DNA of 64,000 nucleotides from Silanimonas sp. Its GTDB lineage: Bacteria > Pseudomonadota > Gammaproteobacteria > Xanthomonadales > Xanthomonadaceae. Below, piece by piece: positions 60,700 through 64,000 of the stretch. Each line of letters begins with the position of its first letter. Position 1 is the first letter of the stretch. The stretch covers positions 19,767-83,766 of the forward strand of contig NZ_JAPZQK010000023.1 in the NCBI RefSeq assembly GCF_027530345.1, given 5' to 3'. Under the pieces are notes generated by a model. That model had not been told where the DNA came from. It saw only the letters and a list, made by a program, of their open reading frames with translations, and did no database searches. A program made the position numbers and the translations under genes.

Positions 60700-61710
60700 T
60701 CAAGCGAATCGTGACGCCGGCAGGCCGAGCCAACGCAGGGCCGTGCCGTGGAAGAGTTGGGCCTGCTCGGCCTCGGAAAGCCCGAGCGCGGCGATGCCCG
60801 AGCCGGGCTCCTGCTCGCCGAGCGGGAAGGGGTAGTCGGTGCCCAGCATGACGGTGTCGGCACCGGCGACGTCGATCAGGTAGCGCAGCGCGCGCGGGTC
60901 GTGCACGCAGGAGTCGAAGAACAGGCGGCCGAAGTAGTCACGCGGATTCCGCGGGTTGTCGGTGGCGACGAGGTCGGGCCGCATGTGGAAGCCATGCTCG
61001 ATGCGCCCGATCGTGTACGGGAAACTGCCGCCGCCGTGGGCGAGGCAGACGCGCAGGCGCGGATGGCGTTCGAGCACGCCGCCGAAGATCAGCGCACAGG
61101 CGGCGCGGGACTGCTCGGCCGGCATGCCCACCAGCCACGGCATCCAGTACTTGGGCATCGATTCCGCGCCCATCATGTCCCACGGGTGCACGAGGATCGC
61201 CGCGCCGAGGTCTTCGGCCGCCTGCCAGAACTCGGTGAGTTCCGGTGCATCGAGATTCCACTCGTTGATGTGGGAGCCGATCTGCACGCCTTGCAGGTCG
61301 AGGCCATCCATGCAGCGCTCCAGCTCGCGCACGGCGAGGCTGGGCGACTGCAGCGGCACCACGCCGAGCCCCGCGTAGTGGCGCGGATGCTCGCGGCAGG
61401 CCTCGGCGATGTGGTCGTTCAGCGCGACATGCAGCTCCAGCGCCTGGTGGCCCTTCGCCCAGTAGCTGAACATCACCGGCACCGTGCTGATCACCTGCAC
61501 CTGCACGTCGAAGCGGGCGTAATCGGCGATGCGGATCGCCGGGTCCCAGGTCTTCGGCCAGATCTCGCGGAAGAACTTGCCGTCCTTGTAGATGCGGCAG
61601 CGCCCGTCGTCACCGTGGTGGATCACCGGGAAACGGGCATCGCCGTACTTGGCCGCGAGGTCGGGCCAGCGGTCCGGAAGGTAGTGCGCGTGGGTGTCGA
61701 TCTTCAGCAT
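60700..61710 (-). CDS. nbaD: ACMS decarboxylase (amidohydrolase fold)
   Basis: KIDTHAH, QVISTVPVMFSYW, LVHPWDM, WLVGMPAE, AHGGGSFP and LGTDYPFPLGE motifs. Confidence 0.88.
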   Translation of the reverse strand: MLKIDTHAHYLPDRWPDLAAKYGDARFPVIHHGDDGRCRIYKDGKFFREIWPKTWDPAIRIADYARFDVQVQVISTVPVMFSYWAKGHQALELHVALNDHIAEACREHPRHYAGLGVVPLQSPSLAVRELERCMDGLDLQGVQIGSHINEWNLDAPELTEFWQAAEDLGAAILVHPWDMMGAESMPKYWMPWLVGMPAEQSRAACALIFGGVLERHPRLRVCLAHGGGSFPYTIGRIEHGFHMRPDLVATDNPRNPRDYFGRLFFDSCVHDPRALRYLIDVAGADTVMLGTDYPFPLGEQEPGSGIAALGLSEAEQAQLFHGTALRWLGLPASRFA

Positions 61711-61711
61711 G

Positions 61712-62671
61712 TCAGGCCCCGAGCCAGGCGGCGAACGCGAAGTAGATCGGAATGCCGATCGCAAGGTTGAACGGGAAGGTGATGCCGAGCGCCGCGGTGA
61801 TGCAGCGCCCGACGTTGGCTTCCGGCAGCGAGGCGCGGACCGACGCCGGCGCGGCGATATAGGACGCGCTGGCCGTCATCGTGCCGAACACGGCCGCACC
61901 CGCGGGGGAAAGGCCCGCCCAGTGTCCGAGCGCGGTGCCGATGATCCCGTGCAGCAACGGCAGGGAAACCCCGTAGACCGCCAACCGGAAGGCGCCCCGG
62001 CCGATGCCGCGCAGCTGCGCGGCGGCCACCATGCCCATGTCGAGCATGAACAGCATCAGCGTGCCCTGGAACAGCTGGCCATACATCAGGTTCACCGCGT
62101 CCGTGCCGTGCTTGGTGGCGATGGCGCCGATGACCATGCCGCCGATCAGCAGCAGCGCCGTCTTGCCGACCAGCACCTCGCGCACCTGGTGCCACTGCAG
62201 GCCGGCGTCGCGTTTGGCCAGCGTCAGGCCGAGCAGGATGGCCGGGATCTCCAACGCCACGACCAGGGCCACTAGCACGCCTTCCGGGGCTTGGCCGCTG
62301 CGCTCGCCGAATTGCTGCGCGGCGATGAAGGTGACGGCCGAGACGGAGCCGAAATGCGCGGCGATGGCACCGGCTTCGAGCGGGCCGTCCTTCAACCACA
62401 GCCGCGCCATCGCGTAGGCCGACGCGCAGGTGACGATACCCGCGACGATGGTGACGCCGAGCAGGATCGCCACGTCGCCGAAGGAGGTGCTGCGCAGGGC
62501 CACGCCGCCCTTCAGGCCGATGGCCAGCAGCAGGAAGATCGACAGGTAGCTCTGGATCGCCGGAGGGATGGTGAGATCACTGCGCAACGCGCGGGCGATC
62601 AGGCCCAGCGCGAAGGCCAGCACCACCGGGGAGAGCAGGTTGCTGACGAGCAGTTCGGGGGAGAGGATCAC
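61712..62671 (-). CDS. sbtA: Sodium-dependent bicarbonate transporter SbtA family permease
   Basis: [40 protein letters not shown] and [14 protein letters not shown] motifs. Confidence 0.85.
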   Translation of the reverse strand: MILSPELLVSNLLSPVVLAFALGLIARALRSDLTIPPAIQSYLSIFLLLAIGLKGGVALRSTSFGDVAILLGVTIVAGIVTCASAYAMARLWLKDGPLEAGAIAAHFGSVSAVTFIAAQQFGERSGQAPEGVLVALVVALEIPAILLGLTLAKRDAGLQWHQVREVLVGKTALLLIGGMVIGAIATKHGTDAVNLMYGQLFQGTLMLFMLDMGMVAAAQLRGIGRGAFRLAVYGVSLPLLHGIIGTALGHWAGLSPAGAAVFGTMTASASYIAAPASVRASLPEANVGRCITAALGITFPFNLAIGIPIYFAFAAWLGA

Positions 62672-63198
62672 GCCGCCTCCCCGCTGTAGCGCGCCGGCGC
62701 GGGGTTCACGTGGCCGCACTGGCCGCAGCTCCGATTCGCGAGGGAGCGGTAGTAGCGGTCGAAGACCGCGCCGAACTGCGTTTCGATGTTGTCCAGCACG
62801 AAGAACTCCTCGTAGACGGCGTGGTTGCAGGCGGCGCAATACCAGCGCAGCCCATCGAGTTCACCGGCCGTGCGCTTGCGCTCGATGACGAGGCCAACGG
62901 ACCCGGGCTTGCGCTGCGGCGAGTGCGGCACGCGCGGCGGCAGGTAGAAGCACTCGCCAGCACGGATCGCGATGTCACGCACGCGGCCGTCCTCCTGCAC
63001 GCGCAGCACCATCTCGCCCTCGAGCTGCTGGAACCACTCGGGGCCCTCCTCGATGTGGAAATCGTCGCGCTCGTTGGGCCCGCCGACGATCATCACGATG
63101 TAGTCCCCGGCGACGATGCACTTGTTGCCCACCGGCGGCTTCAGCAGGTGGCGGTGTTCGTCGATCCAGGCCTGGAGGTTGAAGGCGTTGCCGAGCAT
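62668..63198 (-). CDS. nbaC: 3-hydroxyanthranilate 3,4-dioxygenase
   Basis: [34 protein letters not shown] and two CxxC pairs. Confidence 0.95.
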   Translation of the reverse strand: MLGNAFNLQAWIDEHRHLLKPPVGNKCIVAGDYIVMIVGGPNERDDFHIEEGPEWFQQLEGEMVLRVQEDGRVRDIAIRAGECFYLPPRVPHSPQRKPGSVGLVIERKRTAGELDGLRWYCAACNHAVYEEFFVLDNIETQFGAVFDRYYRSLANRSCGQCGHVNPAPARYSGEAA

Positions 63199-63223
63199 CG
63201 GGGCCTCGGGAAGGGAAGGGGAT

Positions 63224-63649
63224 TCAGCGTCGAAGCGCGGCGACGCACTTCAGTTCGATGGCGATCGGCGTGGGCAGCGCGGTGATGCCGAGCGTCGTCC
63301 GGCAGGGCGCGGTGTCGACATCGGGGAAACACTCGGCCCACACCGCGTTGTAGGCCGGAAAGTCGCGCGCCATGTCGGTGAGGTAGACGGTGACATCGAC
63401 GAGGTCCTCCCAGCGCGCCCCGCTGGCTTCGAGCACGGAACGCACATTCGCGAACACCGAGTGGCACTGGGCGACAATGTCGTACGTCACTAAGCGCCCA
63501 TCCGCATCCAGCACGTTGCCTGGCACGCCGTTCGTGGCCGGATCGCGCGGCCCGATGCCGGAGAGGAACAGCAGGTCGCCCACGCGCCGCGCATGCGGAT
63601 AGCGGCCGACGGCCTTCGGCGCCGCACTGGCGTGCACCGCCCCGCTCAC
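63224..63649 (-). CDS. RidA family protein, probable 2-aminomuconate deaminase
   Basis: [32 protein letters not shown] and IELK motifs; operon context. Confidence 0.8.
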   Translation of the reverse strand: MSGAVHASAAPKAVGRYPHARRVGDLLFLSGIGPRDPATNGVPGNVLDADGRLVTYDIVAQCHSVFANVRSVLEASGARWEDLVDVTVYLTDMARDFPAYNAVWAECFPDVDTAPCRTTLGITALPTPIAIELKCVAALRR

Positions 63650-64000
63650 GCCAGAACCTCGCGCTTCTGCAGGCGGGCGATGGCTTCGGCGTAGGTGGGC
63701 TCGACCGCGTCGCTGCTGCGCACGTCCATCGCGAGCTCGCGCACCCGGCCGTCATGGAGGCTGTACACCCAGCCGTGCACGGAGAGGTTCTGCCCGCGCG
63801 CCCAAGCGTCCTGAACGATCGTCGTCAGGCAGACGTTGCGGGTCTGCTCGATCACGTTCAGTTCGCAGAGCCGCGCATGGCGCAGGGATTCGAGCTCGCA
63901 CTGGGCCAGGCTGCCCGCATGCTTGTCGGCGACGTCGCCGACATGGCGGATCCAGTTGTCCGCGAGCCCGAAACGCTGGCCCTTGAGCGCGGCATGCACG
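63646..64000 (-). CDS. can: Beta-class carbonic anhydrase, 5' part outside window
   Basis: DNWIRHV, LCELNVIEQ and IVQDAWARGQNLSVHGWVYSLHDG motifs. Confidence 0.9.
   Translation of the reverse strand, partial: VHAALKGQRFGLADNWIRHVGDVADKHAGSLAQCELESLRHARLCELNVIEQTRNVCLTTIVQDAWARGQNLSVHGWVYSLHDGRVRELAMDVRSSDAVEPTYAEAIARLQKREVLA

Overview
64 kb of a high-GC chromosome, most likely from a Lysobacteraceae/Xanthomonadales bacterium. This is inferred from the acetylornithine-carbamoyltransferase-type arg operon, the extended DksA, the kynU-kmo-sbcB order and the gdhB-nadK-nucleotidase order. The window is mostly core genes: mtaD-like/ubiG/gph, folE2, yidD, dksA, cysS-sufE, argF'GEB-GNAT-argCH, tRNA-Pro(CGG), hisS-hutH, putP, deaD, uup, gdhB-nadK, arsR-arsC-aquaporin, a BacNav-type channel, H-NOX with a PAS-GGDEF-EAL partner, sbcB, and a kynurenine/3-hydroxyanthranilate operon. 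I saw no integrase, transposase, prophage or CRISPR array. The strongest novelty candidate is an unannotated 34-codon Arg-cluster leader peptide with mutually exclusive antiterminator/terminator hairpins directly upstream of the arginine operon, suggesting arginine-responsive attenuation. Other leads: an SbtA-type bicarbonate transporter and a beta-carbonic anhydrase inside the tryptophan-catabolic operon; an H-NOX/c-di-GMP module attached to the end of that operon; an in-frame amber stop in an otherwise intact GGDEF-EAL gene; a one-Cys DksA with a histone-H1-like tail; a HAL-like lyase with two insertions coupled to hisS; and a channel with a TGENWS filter. All gene calls come from motif recognition by eye; no database searches were run.
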